This document shows, in pieces, positions 62,345 through 64,000 of a DNA stretch of 64,000 nt. Position 1 is the stretch's first letter. Each line of letters opens with the position of its first letter. The stretch is from Macrostomum lignano. Lineage: Eukaryota. The stretch covers positions 372,001-436,000 of the forward strand of contig NIVC01000019.1 in assembly GCA_002269645.1 (NCBI GenBank). Reading direction: 5' to 3'. The position numbers and the translations under genes are program-made. The notes under the pieces were generated by a model. The model was not told the origin of the DNA. It was given only the letters and a program-made list of their open reading frames with translations, and searched no databases.

Positions 62345-62793
62345 TGCCGAGGTCGAGAGAGGAATACCAAAGTCTCAAGAGGGATACCAAGGTCGAGAGA
62401 GGAATGCCAAAGTCACGAGAGGGATGCCAGGGTCTGAATAATGATTTCGAGAGGGACGCTAAGGTTTCAAGAGGCGTTTGGAGTCTTTGAAGGTGTAAGG
62501 ATCTTTTTAAGAAATCGTCTCAAGACGGGCGTGCTCAAGTCTTAAGATAGGTGCTAGTTTTCTTCAGAGTCTCAAAATGGTCTCAAAAAGCGTTTTGTCG
62601 TTTTATCTTCGACTCGCCCCACCTCAGCCCGCTGCATGGTGCGCAATTCGTACTGTCGATGCTTCTCAATGTGACTGTCAAGCAAAGCTTTGAGTCGTTC
62701 GCTCTCCATTCTATTCCGAGTCCTGACCAGCTCCATGGTGCGATAGAACGAATTGTGCACGTCCGTCTCGTTTCTTAGGCGATTTCTCTGCAT
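58764..62793 (-). CDS. Unidentified charged coiled-coil protein; proposed exons 62793-62623, 62024-61590, 61524-61477, 59024-58764; about 304 aa
   Basis: GC-richer segments bounded by GT-AG sites, all phase 0, joining without a stop (915 nt). R/E-rich helices and an acidic tract. No family recognised; the 5' end and the 48-nt exon are uncertain. Confidence 0.55.
59245..61432. repeat. 20/21-bp minisatellite (GTAGATCCTCATTCTTGGCAT), intronic
   Basis: Direct. Confidence 0.96.
62165..62480. repeat. 22-bp repeat (GAGAGGGATGCCAAGGTCTCGA) interrupted by (GA)n, intronic
   Basis: Direct. Confidence 0.85.
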
Positions 62794-63197
62794 GGCTGCT
62801 GGACGTTGTTAAGAATTTTTAGCTATGTCGTTTTTAGCAAGCCTACAAGGTCTTGTCCTTATATCTGTAATAAGCCTGATCCCGGTTCTCAGCTGGTATG
62901 TGAAATCATCAGAGTTAATTATTCATTGCTTTAGCTCTAGAGGTATGGTCTGATGACAATAAATTATTGAGTATATAACTCTTGAGTCCGATCTGGTGGT
63001 CTTTGAGCTGTGCTTACTCGTTGAAGCCTCTATCAAACCAGATTTTTCTCATTGCTGCAAGTTCCTAATTCGAGTTGGGCATTCATGATCGAAATACGAG
63101 TTTCTGGCCGCCTTCGTACTGTCGGATGCCAACAAATTGGACAAGTATAGTTTAGAAATATGTTTCAACGATGAAGATTAGCATGCTTTTTATATTA

Positions 63198-63502
63198 GAG
63201 GCAAGGGCTGCGTGCCCTTCTGCCGACTCCTCTGAGCAGGCACACAAGCGCGCGGATACGTACGCAGTCATACGCGCAGGCACACACACAGCAGTGTACA
63301 GTGGCCCTAACTTTATTTATCGTTAGGCATGTACACTTCATTGCTCCTTAGGGGTTGGCCCTCAAGGCTGTTAATTGCACGAGCAGAGCCAAGCCGAGAT
63401 TCCAATTTAGCCCCAAATTAATGTGACTGCACTTGGAATCGAGCCTGGGCCGCTTTCACACCAGAGCGCCGCGACAGATCACTGGGCTACGCCTCCGCCC
63501 TC
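63198..63502 (-). mobile_element. tRNA-derived SINE, full length, inverted copy
   Basis: On the minus strand: A box TAGCCCAGTGA (63489-63479), B box GGCTCGATTCC (63445-63435); body matches 57811-58105. Confidence 0.8.
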
Positions 63503-64000
63503 CTCCCCAACATTAGCAGGTTACAGCCTGGATGAAATGAATAAAAGGAAAGGACTAAGACAGCTAGAAAATCTGTCTGCAAAAGTTCATAAAGTACTTT
63601 GGATTGGTAGTAAATTAATTGTGGAAGATTTAGACACGATAATTATAACTGCTTATTAACGCGTAACTTCCAGGAAAACTAATTTTCATTCTATTTAATT
63701 TATTATCCTACAGAGTTGTTATAATAAGTATTTATCCAGAAACTACTCGTATTTAGAGCAAAGTTCAAAGGGCAATTACAATATCCTATGAAACATGTTT
63801 TTCTACTATCAAAAGTACATATTGGTTTAGACGCTTTCTTTTTTTCTGTGGGGTTTTATCATTTTATCTGTTTCCGTAGTAGACAGATAGTAGTCTGCAA
63901 GTTGTGTTGCTATGGCAATCATTATTCGTCTAGAGAGGAATAAAAAAATTTTCAACATCAACAGTCCGCAGCAACGGCCGAAACAGCGTGCTATGTGCAC

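Overview
Eukaryotic (animal) genomic DNA with GC-rich exons, GT-AG introns and TTAGGG-type telomeric motifs. Almost every large intron or spacer is filled by its own minisatellite. This architecture resembles the free-living flatworm Macrostomum lignano, but the species call is an inference and was not verified. Genes were assembled by hand from splice signals and reading-frame phase. On the + strand: the 3' end of an unknown gene, METTL9, ALKBH2 and CHD1L/ALC1. On the - strand: an SLMAP-like gene, NSUN5, a TMEM116-like gene and an unidentified coiled-coil gene. Mobile DNA comprises a young but frameshifted Ty3/Gypsy LTR retrotransposon (42819-47567, TGTCT target duplication), two inverted copies of a Helitron-like element carrying telomeric repeats, a hAT-like MITE, tRNA-derived SINEs and a CORE-SINE-like fragment. 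Main leads: (1) CHD1L carries a C-terminal DNA-ligase-III-type BRCT domain that human CHD1L lacks; (2) ALKBH2 has an in-frame splice acceptor but no nearby start codon, which fits flatworm spliced-leader AUG donation; (3) the six named genes form two convergent, operon-like triplets, one pairing two alkylation-repair genes; (4) several minisatellites multiply regulatory-looking motifs (uORF/AP-1 at the METTL9 start, ETS in CHD1L intron 1). All protein identifications come from remembered motifs, not database searches.
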